Below are positions 1 to 14,500 of a stretch of 64,000 nt of DNA, one piece after another. The stretch is from Phoronis australis. Lineage: Eukaryota > Animalia > Phoronida. Positions within the stretch are counted from its first letter, which is position 1. Each line of letters begins with the position of its first letter. A program made the translations under genes and the position numbers. The DNA lies in the NCBI GenBank assembly GCA_002633005.1, contig NMRA01000079.1, positions 981,148 to 1,045,147 on the forward strand, read 5' to 3'. Below the pieces are notes generated by a model. That model searched no databases. It was not told where the DNA came from and saw only the letters and a list, made by a program, of their open reading frames with translations.

Positions 1-1527
1 TCAATTTTAAACATGGCAATTTACGCTTGTGCCTCTTGAGCTCAAGAACTTGAATGCATGGTGAAGAAAACCTGTTCTTGGCGCCCTTTTGAATTCAAGT
101 TCTTCTATATTACTTCATTGCACGACCGTCAGTGACATTTTAGTGGCGTTAATTTAGCCCGTAATGTAAGTTTTTAAAGATACTTTCATGACGTTAAAAC
201 TATGTCACCCAGAAATATACATCGTTTGTTTACCGATATGGCAACCCCTAATAGGCCTACTACCACTTGGTGTCAACCAACACTGCTAGTTCTGGTGACG
301 TTTACTGTTTTACAACTGCTGGTGTTGCTTTTAATTGTGCTGTCAGTGCTAACAATCTTCTACTCAGGAGCCAACACTGCGCATGTGTCTTATTATCACA
401 ACAACATTATACTTGCTTTTTACCTATTAACATTTATTATAGACGAACTTCCCACACAGTTCTCTGAAACAAAATAATGCTGTTTAATCCTCCACAAGCA
501 TTAAGCACTGGGAGAAAAAAGTTGTAAATTGTTTTCTTAGTTTGCTATATGCCACGAATTGTACTGTTGCGCCTTGCTTACCTCAAACTCCAACTGCTCC
601 CTATTGGTTTGGCAATTGGTTCAAGTAGTGTATGTTAAATGCCCAACAGAATTATTTGTGAACCTATTGTGGTAAATTTAAACAATCGTTTTGGATTGGA
701 GAAATCACGTTCAAAATTCAAAAATCTATACACGTGCGTTATGATATTCACAAGCTTCCAAAAATTTGAAAGTACACGGTACACTTGTCGCCCCCAGTGT
801 GTTAGTAGTGGTTCACTAATCCAAAGAACGATAAAAGTAACAGCTGAGGCGATTCAATTAACCAAAACACAAGCGTGTCTTTGATCTGAATCGACAAACC
901 CTGTGATGCGCAAACCAATCTCGACCGGTAAAGGTGCCAACGTAGGATTTTTTCGTGAAATCGCTTTAGGCGACTAATACTACCACTGTAGGTAAAAAAA
1001 CTCACCAAGGACCATAATATCCAACCTGACAAAGATTGTCCGAGTTAAATCCTGCTTTTACCGTAGAAGTGGGACACCTCAGACGTAGCTGATGACAGAA
1101 ACACGAATGGTTGGAATTACCGAAACACGGTTTATTATACGTTTATGTTCCACTAACACCCTCCCTAAAACGTTGGTGGAATTTTCACTTCAAGGTCTTT
1201 AATCTCATGTATACCCATGCCCCTCACCACGTTTCACTCATGGTACAAGTTTGAAAAGACACGAGGTAGCCTCGCATTCAAGCAAAAGTGCGTTTATTAA
1301 ATTATCTTCCTATTCGCTGCACAATACAGCGTAATTAGGGTTTGTCTCTTCGCAGTTTAACATCTACGTTTTTGAACGCATGCTATTTAGATGCAGTGTG
1401 GACAAACTGAGCCGGTCTTAAACTTTCGGCAATGTTTATAACGTAGATTTTTTATTGTACTTGGGTTGTTTTCTTTTTTAAGCTGATGTGAGTATAATGA
1501 TGTGCGTGCGTCAATTTTTGTTTTCAG

Positions 1528-1648
1528 GAAAGATAGATGAACTGCAAGACCTAACGGTTGCCATCGTTATAGTTGGTCAAGGCGCTATCGCAGGAGGGTG
1601 GGCCACTACGATGCTGTTTTCAGCGGAAAGTTTTCCAACAGTTACTAG
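1528..1648 (+). CDS. SLC22-family (organic cation/anion, MFS) transporter, internal exon; 5' part of gene is outside the window
   Basis: ttttcag acceptor, AG|gtaac donor; KIDELQDLTVAIVIVGQGAIAGGWATTMLFSAESFPTVT(R) matches the SLC22 'ELFPTvvR' motif; phase 1->2. Confidence 0.92.
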
Positions 1649-2600
1649 GTAACGTGAGGGATGAATAATTACTTCTAGACTTGGCTGAGCTGCCATCTCC
1701 TTTCCGGCGGCAGTATTTACGGTACCGCTCCAAATTTTTTAATTGAACTGAGAATGAGTTGTAACGGTATTGCCTTCAAGAATTTACGTGAATAATATTG
1801 CCTTCATTGTTCACTTGCAAATAATCCCCGCCCCCCAAAACCGTGTCTACATTTAATTGACTGGAGCTTCCGTCCAACTAATCAACCTGGGCTTGGAAGT
1901 TGGAATTAAAATACAATGTACAGTATTCACTTTTACACGTACGGTCCATCGGGAATGCTCGTAATCACAAGCAATCTCATTGGTCGCTGAAATTGACGTC
2001 ATTGTTTCTTGCTTGAACCATTTTTGGACTCGACTGAAAGTGCTTAAACTCTGCACTATATTCATATTTCTAATTCACCAGCGATGGTGACATAAAATCA
2101 CGCGCTGCCGTCATGACTTTGGCCTACAACAATTACTTGTGCAATGAAATGACCTTACGGCAAACACAATGTTCGCCATTTTCTAACGTCCAGGCAGAAA
2201 AAAGTTTGAAGGGATTTGATCTACAAAATTGCAATCAGGGCTAATTGAAATGCAACCATTCGTTTCTCGATAACCATATACAATAACTTCAAGATGTTTG
2301 CGTTTTATTTACATACACGAATTAGCCTGTGTCAAGGGCGCCCTAGGTAGATGTTCACGCTGGATTACGCACAGCACATGTATGATAACTGCTGAAGAGC
2401 TTGTTTATCTCCATGTTTCAGATTTGGCTCAACCGAGCATCCGTGTTTATGGGGGTTCATCGATCTAGGTAGGGCCCAAACAAAATTAACCTGACAATGG
2501 TGTTTCGCGTGAATGCAAATCAAGATAATGTAATAAAGTGGTGTGGTGTTATGTTACTCAAGCCTTGTACAGCTGTAAGCAACATTCTTTCTGTTTTCAG

Positions 2601-2673
2601 AAATATTGGTTACGCAGCTTGCTCCATGTCGGGTCGAATTGGAGGAATTCTTGCCCCGCAGCTGGTATATTTG
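2601..2673 (+). CDS. SLC22-family transporter, penultimate coding exon
   Basis: ttttcag / gtaagg; (R)NIGYAACSMSGRIGGILAPQLVYL = TM11 'RxxgxgxcSxxxRiGgilAP'; phase 2->0, compatible with neighbours. Confidence 0.93.
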
Positions 2674-3462
2674 GTAAGGCTGTGTTTAAATTACTAAAAC
2701 GCGCTGTACGTAATCGAATTTATTGTATAACACTATAATTTACAATCAATTTTTCATTGTGATAATCGAAATCAATTCCATAACGCTGTCTACCCAAATA
2801 GTATGAATTGTTTAGGACTTTGTTGGCGATAGTGATTGACCTCAGGCCTGACAATTACTGTAAGCCTATAGGAGTCGCACAATGCCCGTTCGGATCGGTA
2901 ATAGAAAGCACACAACTGGATTTCATTCCATCAAAAGAGACCAAACAGGGTGCAGTGCTCACAAAATCGACCCAAAGCCATATTTGCACCTGGGAAACCG
3001 TATCATTTTTTTTCACAATTTTTGGCTGCCGACACGGAATTACTATCTTTGCTAGGCGTTCAGAAACACGATTGGAGAGCCACGACAGGATGGGCTAGGA
3101 ACTTTCCACGGAATAACTAAAACTAACTGTCACGGAGATACCCTGAACTTCCAGGTTTGACGAGGTTTCGTACCAAAACCCCAGCTTTCACTCTCAACAA
3201 CTACCGTGTACAGTTGCTGTCGCAAAAATAAGCCAGCGTTTTCTCTGTACCGTCTGCCTAAACCACAACAAAATGCGCATTTCTTTTGAAATAGCCATGA
3301 ATAATGAAAGTTGTGTTGGAGGAAGAACTACTGGCATTAACGGTGATAACGTGGTGTTGTTTTGATCTGAAATCTTCCAGTTCTTCTTCACGCGTGACAG
3401 TACTAATCGTAGGTTTGGAATTAGCTAATTAATTATGATGCCTAATCTTATTTAATTTCCAG

Positions 3463-3633
3463 AGCGAGTTTCACACCTCCCTTCCGTACATCGTGTTCGG
3501 CTCCCTAGGAGCGGCTTGCTGTGTTGCGGTGTTGTTTCTACCAGAAACTAATAAAGCACCGTTAGCTGATGCACTTGAGCATACCGGAAGGAGAACGGAT
3601 GAGACGGAGGATTTGACCTGTTCTAACCTTTAA
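3463..3633 (+). CDS. SLC22-family transporter, last coding exon
   Basis: tttccag acceptor; SEFHTSLPYIVFGSLGAACCVAVLFLPETNKAPLADALE...NL* with the LPET motif; TAA at 3631-3633. Confidence 0.93.
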   Translation, partial: SEFHTSLPYIVFGSLGAACCVAVLFLPETNKAPLADALEHTGRRTDETEDLTCSNL

Positions 3634-3753
3634 AATCGTTCTATAGGTAGTTGTATACTCTAAGTGACAATTGACTGTTACTCTTCAACGCTATAGCCCC
3701 CGCTGTGTCGCTTGTTAATTAGATTCATTTTTACACATTTTTGCGTGAACTTC

Positions 3754-3759
3754 AATAAA
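3754..3759 (+). promoter_or_regulatory. Candidate polyadenylation signal of the SLC22 gene
   Basis: AATAAA ~120 nt after the stop codon. Confidence 0.5.
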
Positions 3760-3802
3760 ATGCAAGGTTGGAACACGTAGCCTGGCGTGCGTTCAGTAAA
3801 GG

Positions 3803-3987
3803 TAGGACCTACATGTACATGTACGCTAGGACCTGCGCTAGGACCTACATGTACGCTAGGACCTGCTCTAGGACCTACATGTATGCTAGGACCTACGCTA
3901 GGACCAATGCTAGGACCTACGCTAGGACCTACGCTAGGAGCTACGCTAGGACGTACGCTAAGACCTACATGTACGCTAGAAGCTAGC
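3803..3987. repeat. Minisatellite: 12-bp unit GCTAGGACCTAC with 18-bp variants carrying an extra CATGTA, inside a MITE-like repeat (~3785-4095)
   Basis: Direct tandem units visible; downstream flank 'gctaaaatct..cacgtg..tttaaaa..gcaat' recurs at ~11130-11230 (-), ~25755-25860 and ~49630-49850. Confidence 0.85.
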
Positions 3988-5517
3988 TAAAATCTTGTCA
4001 AAGTTACGTGTTCTCGTTTAAAATACACTGCAATGTCTACCGTAATCTTGCGAAATTATGCTATTTAGAGAAGTCCCAGCGTTACTGTACTGGAGGCCGG
4101 CATAACTTCTGTATAGCACAGGTGGAGCACCTTTATTTTTATATTTATTTACCTCTATATTGATTTGCTTATAATAACATGTATTTTTTATAAAAATAAA
4201 AGTAATGCAAGAACTCAAGGTTGTTTTTACCTATTGTAGTATTTCACATGACCCCAGTTTAACAAATAACCGTGCAGCAATCATTACTTTAAAACATTGT
4301 CTAACCTACAATGTATTTGATGTTGATTTATTTTTGGTTCAAATAACAGGTTGTTTACTTAGGAATATATTGTTTTTGCGGAAATTTGGCGTAATCCAAT
4401 AGTAACAGCGCTTCATTAAAATTCCACAATACTGAAAGATAGGCAAACTCAAGGTTTGAAAATTCAAGTGACTTTATTCAAACAGCATGTTTCGACGGGC
4501 AAAATGCTGGCTAATAATCTGCCCTGCCCCCCCTTAATAAAAATCCTGGATCCGCCCCTGCTTACGTAATGTCAAATTCAAGATACATATAGTGCTTTAA
4601 ATTCTAGAAATGGAAAACCACCCAGTAATTGTTTACTTTACGGACCAGCAACGGCCGATGCTTGGCCGGTAACGACCGATTCATTGCTGCAGATATCGGC
4701 TCATAAACGAGTCAGCACTGCCATGATTACCGTTTCCACCGCCCACTTCGTCGGTCCAATTCACTCGCCGCCTCCGGCATTTTAACCGTGCCATAACGAA
4801 GCTGACAATGCGGAAATGTTAAAAGTAATGACGTTTAAAACCCAATATCAGGGCCAGAAACAGTCACGAAGAAGTCTGCACAGTTTCCCTAGTCTTTTGA
4901 GGTATCTACCAGATTTTAGTGTGTGATGATGCTGGTTTAAAAGGCCCCATGAACAATATTGCGACTTATAGTTGTGCTAATAGATTGCATTGAAGTCAAC
5001 TACTTTCCTTTTAATAAAAATACATTTATTGATATTGTAAGGCATGTATAAATGTTTGCGTTAGAGTTCTCGCGGTATTTGAACATAGCGTCTGGAGCTA
5101 TACACCAAGGCTTAGTTGCATAAAGCTTCAAAATGTTCCGCTGGATGAGTTTGATTGTTGCATGACGTCAGGTGCATTGTTCAACAATAACAACATGCCT
5201 CGTGATAATGCAATGCCATTATTGCTATAGGGCGTATAAGTTTTATGCAACTGGGCCCAGAAGCCAAAATTATGGAAAAACCCTCGTCATTTACGAGAAG
5301 AATAACATTTATTGGCCTATAAATAACCAGAGTAACTTAACAATAATCATTTCATTGTTATTACCAGAGCAGCTCGGGATATGCCTGAGCTGAGCCTTTG
5401 CTCCATTAGCGCAAAAATTAGAAAGTCCTAGTACCTCGCAGCTGTGAGCATCTTTTAAAACACACCTCTTTTCCAAAATGTAACATTCTTGTCAACTTTC
5501 AGGCGGTTGGGTAAAAC

Positions 5518-5572
5518 ATGGCTGCTCTTATTGTGATTGCATTTGGAGTTTCTGTTTTATGTTACCACTACG
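5518..5572 (+). CDS. Pseudo-reprolysin/CUB gene exon 1: signal peptide
   Basis: Acceptor tttcag at 5502, aaaacATGg context, MAALIVIAFGVSVLCYHY(G), phase-1 donor G|gtaaat. Confidence 0.65.
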
Positions 5573-8500
5573 GTAAATTTAAGGCTGGTCAGCTGGCGTA
5601 CATCGGATACGCCAAATCGACAATTTCCATCTCCAAACCACCAACCTGCTGTGTCCACATCAATTCCAACATCTTTCCATTCATTCTCAGAAATAAAGCT
5701 GCAATTTTTGAGACAGTAGGCTAATGTTTTCAGTACTTTAAAACATTTAATTTCTGAAATGTCTTGTTACTGCATTCTGTCTCTCTCTCTCTCTAGCCCT
5801 TACTGTGCTGCCCCCGTTACACGATATTCGTCATGGTCCACATGTTTCAATTCTCACCGATTTAAATTCGGTTTCTTTTCTAATCGACATTGAAACCGCT
5901 ATCTTTTTTAATTCACAATTTAATTACTTTACATAACAGTCTCAGTGATACGTATTGTATGTGATTGTTTGTTTGTAATTGTTATCATGTTGTATATCTA
6001 CAAGTAGCTTCTGACTACATCTATAAGTATTGCATGTTTGGAATTGGTATAATCAGGATTAATGAATCAGTCTATTGATAACTGTATTGCCATCAGATAT
6101 TGTAATTTAACAAACATAAAAACATAAAAAATATTTCGATACACCGAACAGAGAGGTAAAGCAATGTGTTGTACAACATGGTGTCACATCTTACATTTTC
6201 GACATACATTCTTTATGAATGCTTTTAAATTAACTTGGTCAAAGCACTACAAGTCCGTTGGTAGATTTTGCAAATGGTCTGTTATCAAGAGTTCCAAAGA
6301 ACTGCTCACTGTTCGGGGATTTCTATTTACAAAAGTGTCCCAAATTACTTTCAATGCGCTTTGGAAAGAAGTTTCTCAATGCGTACATGAATTCAGATTG
6401 TTAGTTCCCGGAAACAATGGTAAGCCTCTATGGTTTGATTCGATAGATAACAAGCCCGTTTTCTATAAACAATAGTTTCAAGAAGGCATAGCTCATGTAC
6501 ACGACTTCCTTAATCCTAATAGTTTTTTTCATTAATTATGAGGAGTTTATACAGAAATACGACTTTACCCTCATGTAACTTTATTTTATGGTGTAAGAAG
6601 CTCATTATATGAAAACTGGAGTCATCTCAGAAAGTGAAAGCATCAAATAACTTTACCGTGTGGTCCATGGTACATGTAAATCGAGAGATCTCAAAATTGC
6701 GAAAAAAACAGTGTCAAATAAAATGGAGTGGAAAATTAAATCTCCCGGATACTATAAAATTGCGGTACAATGTTTTTCTCACAGGTACACCCATCCATTT
6801 ACCGGCGTTTCTCTGAGATGGTTCCAGTTTAGGCTGGTTCATAGAATTATAGACTGTGATGATTGGCGTAATTGATAACTCATTGGGAACATTTTGCTTA
6901 AATGAAAGTGAATCTAATGTCCATGTTTACTGCTCTTGTAACGTTTCTCAACAGTTTTCGGCTAATATAAATAACTGGCCCTAATATGCCGTAGTTTACA
7001 TCTGTCCTTACAATCAGTTCTGTTTGGTGTTCAGGTGGAAGCAGTTTTACAAAGTACGATTCATTGCTTCGGCAAATTCCACATTTATAAACTACAGTTA
7101 AAGTGCAAACATCCCTGCCTTGCACTGCTTAAAAAGGAAGTTCTATTGCATACTTCCAGTGAACGGTATATCATACATAAACTGAATTTGTTTATTTATG
7201 AATAAATCATAGCCTCTAGTTGTTTTTACTGATAAATTACATTTGTACATATCAGAAATTTAAGTTGACCTTAACTGATCCTTGACTGAACAAAAAAATT
7301 ATAACATTGTGAAATTTTGTGATCTGTAACTTACCCATTATATTAAAAAACATAATTATGACGACATCCATTGTAGCCATTCGCTGTTACTCGAACGAGA
7401 ATCAACGTCTTAATCCGAAATCCACAAGGTTAGTTGTTTTGGAATCTAACTGTATAATGCGTGTACGTGCGCAACCACTGTTGCTCATTTTAGTGGTATC
7501 AAGAGAAAGGAATTCCTTCATGTATTAATGGATTTTGTGAATTTCAGTGCAGCAATTATGGTGATTGGGCAGGCCTACTGTTATTTCCAATTAAAATAAT
7601 TGCTGCTTTCAACGGGTTCTAGGAAAAGATTTGCCGAAACAAACCACTTTAAAGGCCTGTGGCCTATATACAAAAAACTGCTTTCGCCGTTTTAACCTTT
7701 TTTGCATGACGTAAAGTTAAAAAAATTATTAACTTTGAGCACGTGCAAACAATTGAAAAAAAATCACTTTCTTAGAACGAATGAATGTTTTAAGGATTAA
7801 AAAGAATAGTCATTAAACAGAAATAATAATGCCATGGTTCTTGGTTAGGCAACAGTGCCAGCCAAGGCGAGAACAAGCATTGGGTAACGTGTTAGGAAGC
7901 GTGCATGAATGTTCCGCTAATTTGTCGTAAGATGAAGTTTGTTCGATTGCTCGTTTTAAACGTCATCTAAATGTCTATTTTTCTTCAATTTACTTTCTGA
8001 TTAGACGTCCTATAACCTTTGGGTCTCCTCCGCTGTTAGAGTCAGACTGGGGATGTGTTTCGCAGACCCATGAACCTTGCGAGCATTCACAGTTTGTTTC
8101 GCGAAAGTTGAGACCTCAACTGAATTCAACAAAAATAGACTTATCTGAAATGACAGATCCGTGAGGTTACAACGTTTAATTGTGGGTTACAGAACATCAC
8201 TTATAGAATGTAATTCTTTTCGATGACATGCATTCCTTTAAATTATAAAATACATTTCCCCCGTTTCCGTTGCCCAAGCAACACTTCGAACGCGTGTGTA
8301 TGTCAGGTACACAACCCATGATAAAGCAGTAGAGTATCTGTATACATCTATAAGAAACTGAAAGCCCAACTCGGAATAACATCTCTACTGTAGAGTTACT
8401 CACGAACCGTAAAAATGATGGATTGTACATTTGTGGATAATACTAATTATTTAAAAAATTCTACCCAGGCTACCAGTTCCATCGCACGACATGCGGTCGT

Positions 8501-11500
8501 TACTTATAGCGTTGATTGTCGGCATTTTTGGTAAGTTTCAATAGTTTTTCTTTTTTTCATCAGGCCTTTGGTTAAAAATGGCATAATAGATTCTGGCTTA
8601 TCTTCTTTTTGATAATTGATGCAGTGATGTGATATTTTCTACAAGCAAATTGTCACCTGATACCACGTGAAATCGGCTGGTATCCTTGTTTTCAATGTGC
8701 GTCACCTGATGCCAGCTGTGATGATTCGCACGATTAACTGTGTTTTTTTTAAAGGTAGCTATGCTTTGAGATTGTGCGTAGATGGAGAGTGAATAATCAA
8801 ATCCAGTAATTAATTTATTATATGATAACCCCTAATTAGACAAGTGAAACCTGTTGTTAAATAAGCAGTCAACTACAAAGAAGAGTAACTACGCTAGCGC
8901 CCCCTTTAAAGATTACTTCAAACAATCAACCAAAAAAATCAGATGTCTCATCTGCTATCCAAGCTAGGACTCTCCACTTGTTGGATGACTGTCCTATTGG
9001 TGAATCTTCGAATTACACACACTGTATAGCGACAGTGTACTTGCTGGTCACCGTCTCTAGTGATGCAACACTTGCAAGCAATTTCTTCTACCCGCGATTC
9101 TTCTTCATGGTCACAGTCTCTGGCTGGTGACGCAACACTTCAGGTAGTATCTTACTACCCACGATGCAACTGACAAGCTTTTAGTTAACTTCCTGTTCGT
9201 TAACCCTTGCACTTGCCAAGATCCTTTCTAGAATCTCCCACGAAGTGGCTCTGTCGTACAATTTCCTTTGTACACTGTAGCAAGTCTTAATGCTTCAACT
9301 ACTATATAGCGCATCTGAATATCTTGTTGACTTAAGCCCATATTATAATATTCTACTTATTTAGCGATTGGTTAATAAAAACCACATGATCATATCCAAT
9401 CATATCATTTGCTGTTACAGTTTGTTCTCAGAATTTTCTAGAATCTTCAGAATATTTTGACCCCAGAACCCAAAGCTGTAAATACCATTTCAAAATAGAT
9501 TTTGACGTTAAAGTACATGTCAACAAGTCTGATACCATGATAATTTTGGGCTACTTAAAATGGATACATTCTTACTAATTACTTAATCAATATTTATTCT
9601 GACAGGAGTCTTTCTTTTTGCCCCAGTGCCACCTGGTGCAAGCTTTGAGTCTTAGGTACATGTGCATGTACATGTATCACAATGAGTCGAGCGCTTACCA
9701 AAAGATCTTATAGTGCCAGTAATTTTGATATAGTGCAGTTCACTTCTTGATTGACAGTACTGTTTTTATGATAACAAACTTCGTCTTGGGGATTAAGATA
9801 TACCCGTATTGTCAATAGACATCAGCGATGATATCATAGGTTAGACTATGTGACGCAAGCTTGTCGCACGAATATCGGTAGATCCAGTTTTCATACATAT
9901 AATGAAGGTTGTGGCAAGTATCGGTAACTGGATCATGTGCACCCAAGTTGTACATACGATATTCATGCAGCGCGTATTGTTATGTCCAACAAAAATGCAA
10001 CAAAGAAGAACAATAAAGGTTTTGCACTTAGGAGGTGAGAACTCTGCGACGCTTTTACGCCTGTCGTGTGGATCTCGCAAATTAACCTCGCGACCTCCAT
10101 ACCACGTCAATTAGCGCGTCACAGATCAAAAGGTGTGGCGTTTCATTCCGAATGAAAACAACGTGTAGTTTTAACATGGTGTTATTATTCAAAATTAATA
10201 TATTGGTTCAAGAAATTATGTGGGTTCTTTCGATGGACTTTGGAACGTCAACTTCTAATAAATGTAACATCGTATACTGTACGTTTAGAATAATCGTATA
10301 CACTGTACATTGTATAATATAGTATCTAATAGATTAATTTAATGTTCATGAGTTCCCACCGTGACCCTGTGTTTAAAAAGAGTTTTGTTAATACATCTTG
10401 TTGTGAGGAAAGTCCGCGGAGAGCCTCCTTTTTCACCGAGACACGAACATGAGTGTTTGCGGAGACTTTAGTAACAGGAACTTAACTGAGAACGAATCTG
10501 TGTTAAAATTTTCTAAATAAGTGGAAATTGCACAGAAATACCATCTGTTTGTTCGCTGCACGAGAGCGTGGAATGTCAATGTGGAACATGCAATTTGTTC
10601 GGCACATTACAAGGAGTAGTATTTTGACCAAATACAATATCGGCGTTACGATGAAGGAATCGCCGCCTGGTAAGTGTATTTGCAAATTGTATTAATAATG
10701 AAGAAACTGCCTGGCATTCTTGAGCGAATGATGCCAGTCTGTCGACCACGGCCGTTCCAGATCGAGGGCTACGACACGTAGACTTATGTATTGCGTTTAG
10801 ACCGTGTTCATTTCTTCATGGCAATTTGGTGACCAAGACATGTTGTAGCCTTTGGTATCAGTGATCATTAACATAATAAGAGTCTATTTTTGTGATTATT
10901 TGCCACCCCTTGGTTCAACTGGTTGAGTCTCACAAATGTCTGAAGCATCTCTTGGGCAGGTGATTCGAGTTCATAAGGCCTCAAACCCGAAGAAAACTCA
11001 CTAAGTGGGAAATTGAATTTATTGTCTCATTCTTCAAGTACTTGAGTGTTATGCCCGTATCCACTCTCTTCTGTGTCAGAATACTAATTGCCAGCCTTCT
11101 GTTCAGTAACGCAATGACATAGCTAAAAAGCAAGATTTCGCAAGCTTACATGAGATATTGCCGTGTATTTTAAGTGAGAACACGTTCCTTCAGCTAGATT
11201 TTAGCTAGGTCCAAGCGTAGGTCTTAGCGTTGCTGCACACATGCCAGTTCTCGCTCAAAATGGTCCTCGTATTCTGATCTGCAATCGATTGGCAAGAGTC
11301 CAAACGCCTTTCTCCCATTTTGTCATTTGGCCGGAAACTTTGGAATAACTAATTTTGTTCAAAATTAAAAAATGGCGGCTATTTGCCATCATAATGCTTA
11401 TTTAGTTAGATTTTATGATATTTATTTCAAACTACCTAACTGAAACCGAAAAAACTAAGAAATTTCGCACTGGCACAGTAACTCTTTAGGAAATTCTATG

Positions 11501-14500
11501 TTGTTCATTACAAGTCTAATCCTTTTTAAGGGAGTACTCAAAGTGCAAAAGGCGAACAGGATCCCTCGAAATCGCGACGAATCCCTATTGCGTTTGTTAT
11601 ATCAGAAAACATGACCAAATGTCTAACCGATAGCAATGTCAAGAAACGACCCTCGCTGGAAAAGCTTATTCAGAAGAAAGTCACAGGCCAGGTCAGTGTA
11701 ATCGTCGGAAATATGTATGTGTCCATGCAAGTAACGAACAATTTTGCAATTTCGTATCACGATATCCACAGTTAGGTGGTCGAATACCAACCAATGCCTT
11801 CAAGTTTCAGCGAATTTGTAAAATGTCGTTTCTTTAGGTAGTTTTTCTGTGTTCAAGCAGATGATTAGGTCATAGTTACATAATAACGTCGGGATCGTCG
11901 CATGACACTTGCAGTATTCCATCACATGTTTCAGTAACAATTTTTTTAAAACTTGTCATGGAAAGAAACCAATATGTTTGCTAACCTTAGAAACAAATTC
12001 GTACGAACAGTCAACCTATGATTCGCTGTCACACTGAACATAATTAAGATTACAGAACTTGCATTTCAAAAGTCATTCCATTCATTACTATTTTAATTAA
12101 TGGTTGCTTCCAAAGCGCTTTCATTGGGAATTGATCGATTGCATTGTGCAGGGTTAGTAAATTTATAAATGAGACGCAAACAAAGTTTAGTTTTTACTAT
12201 ATTCTGCAATCAAAAATACCAACACATAAATGTTCGCTCCCGGATATAGTAGCTACTCTGATGCTCTCAATTCTACAAAGAAAGCAATTCTCGAAATGCG
12301 GGTCCTTGCAAGAGACTATGGAATGTTTTAACGAAAGTTAAAACCCTCCAAATTTATCTGATAATATTTCAGTTCAACAAATTGTGGAGAAAGCCAAAAC
12401 TGGGCGCAGACATCGATATTAAGGTTGAAGTGCCTTTGATCCATTACATGACGAAAAAAGAAGAGGTACAGTGTACATGTATAAATCATTAACAAGGCAT
12501 TTGCGTATAGCATCTGCAAGAATTATTCGACATTGGCGTTTAGGGATGTAGGGACTGGTGGAGTAGGAGCAATGGACTGCCAGACACAATTCAGTCAATC
12601 AGTATGAAACCAACCAATGGAACTGGAGAGAGTACACTTTTATGTCCAATCAGCAAATGGCGAGGACACGCACATCCCTCAAGTATTAAACTTTACCTGT
12701 GTTCAAACAAGTAATGCTGCCTGCACATTATGTATTTCTTACAAAACGCCATCTACCCGTAAGTGTCACAAATAAACGAGGCAGCTAGTCCATGTAAAGA
12801 CTTATACATGTACGTCTAAGTTCTTGAAATGTTTTGTCGAGCGGCATCTGACGCTTGGAATGTTGTGGGCAATCGTCTGATCCCCAAGAAAAACTTTCAC
12901 AGTGACCTGAAGATTTGAAGAATCATTCATATAAATATGTACATAACATGGTTTAAATGCATTTGCCATGCTGCGGATTCATGACCAGTGCTGACACCTA
13001 ACGAAGCACAATAAATTTTACATAGACAGCGCTTTTGTTTACAGCAAGAGTGGATATTCCTGGCTAAACTGCACTCGAAAAGTCCATCTACAAGCGAAAG
13101 TCTACGCGCCTTTTCGTGGTGGTTACATGACCAAGACGTCTGGGTCAAGAGCAAGGCTGTTACAACCGTTCTCATCATCGACTCGTAAGAGTACATTTCA
13201 CGAACAGTAACTCATTGTGGAGACCAAAACTATGCTTCAATGTCACAATAAATAACAATCGAGTCGTCCTTTATCGAACTTCAAGCTACATTCAGAAGGT
13301 CAGCTACTGTAAATCAGCGACATTTACATTTACATTTACATTTACATACATGTATGTCAAAACTTCCTTCAGCAAACACCGTATCCGACGTGCGACTATC
13401 GCTTTGCAGCGAAACCGTGCGTATTGTGCCAACGTTGTCTAGTGTAGTTGAGCGCAATCACGTTCGTTAGAAATCATTTCTTTTAGAAGTTTTCACAAAT
13501 CGTTAACCAATCGTAGCTGTAAAAGCATGAAAAGGTCGGTTAGAGATGTCAGTACAGATTGGCTCAATTTTAACAACGTCATTAAACAATACATGTAAGC
13601 TACTACCGATATTGATGAGAGACAGCGGTAGCTCGCCAGCACTGTTTCTCTTGTTGAATAAGGGTCACTACATGGCGTATACGGTTCTGAGATTCTACCA
13701 CAAAGACAAAATATGAACATTCGACGACAGCGATATCTGTCAGCGTTACAGTCAGAAAATGCATTCCGCTGTAATATTCTCCGTTTCGGTTTTAGGGATT
13801 ATTCCATTGGCGAAGGAGGAAAATTTTATTTCACCATATACACTAAAGGGGGATTGTGCGATCGAAATACCGTAACTGTGATGACCGGAGGTTCCGCGGC
13901 CAAGCCACTACAATTGGGCAAGTTAGCAATGGCGATGGCAAAAGGGTATATTCCTTCGTTTTGATTATGATATCAAAATTAAACTGAATCTCTTCATCCC
14001 ATGATCACAATAAATATTATAATTTGTTTTGTTTCAACACTGATAAGTGAACAAAATGATTCCGATTGCTTCTGTTGTGTTAACTGACGACGATCAAAAG
14101 GTTAGATGAGGGAATTATATTCGCAAGAGAAAATTTGGCTTTGAGGATTACGAGGAATCGGTCACGACATAAAGCTCTTGACGAGACTTGTACATGTACG
14201 ATTATTCACATAGGTTGGGAATTGAGAGACAGGACTGCGTAGGAAATGGCACGTATAACCCATACGCCAAAATGGATTGGTCAGCATGCAGTAAATCAGA
14301 CGCTGCCAGGATATTCAGGTGCGCTATTACTGAAACACAAGTACATGTACAGGTGTACCTTGCTGGATGGAAAGTCAATGTGTTTCGTTCTAAAATATTA
14401 AAGGGTGATGTAGACCATAATCTTAAGTTACTGTAAGTACTTGCTCACGAGATAACCAGGCGTCCAGTCTCAACGTGAGGGTAAACCGCCTTCCACCAAG

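Noticed and set aside
202-477. Hydrophobic 91-aa ORF that could be an upstream transporter exon
   Set aside because: Low-complexity L/V run with no SLC22 motif and no convincing splice sites.
3768-3990. Repetitive ORFs (YART / LGPT repeats), CRISPR-like appearance
   Set aside because: Translation of a 12-bp minisatellite; no unique spacers; eukaryotic context.
12144-12341. ORF with a tgcag acceptor just upstream of exon b
   Set aside because: No phase-0 GT donor; 11531-11691 fits the phase and homology better.
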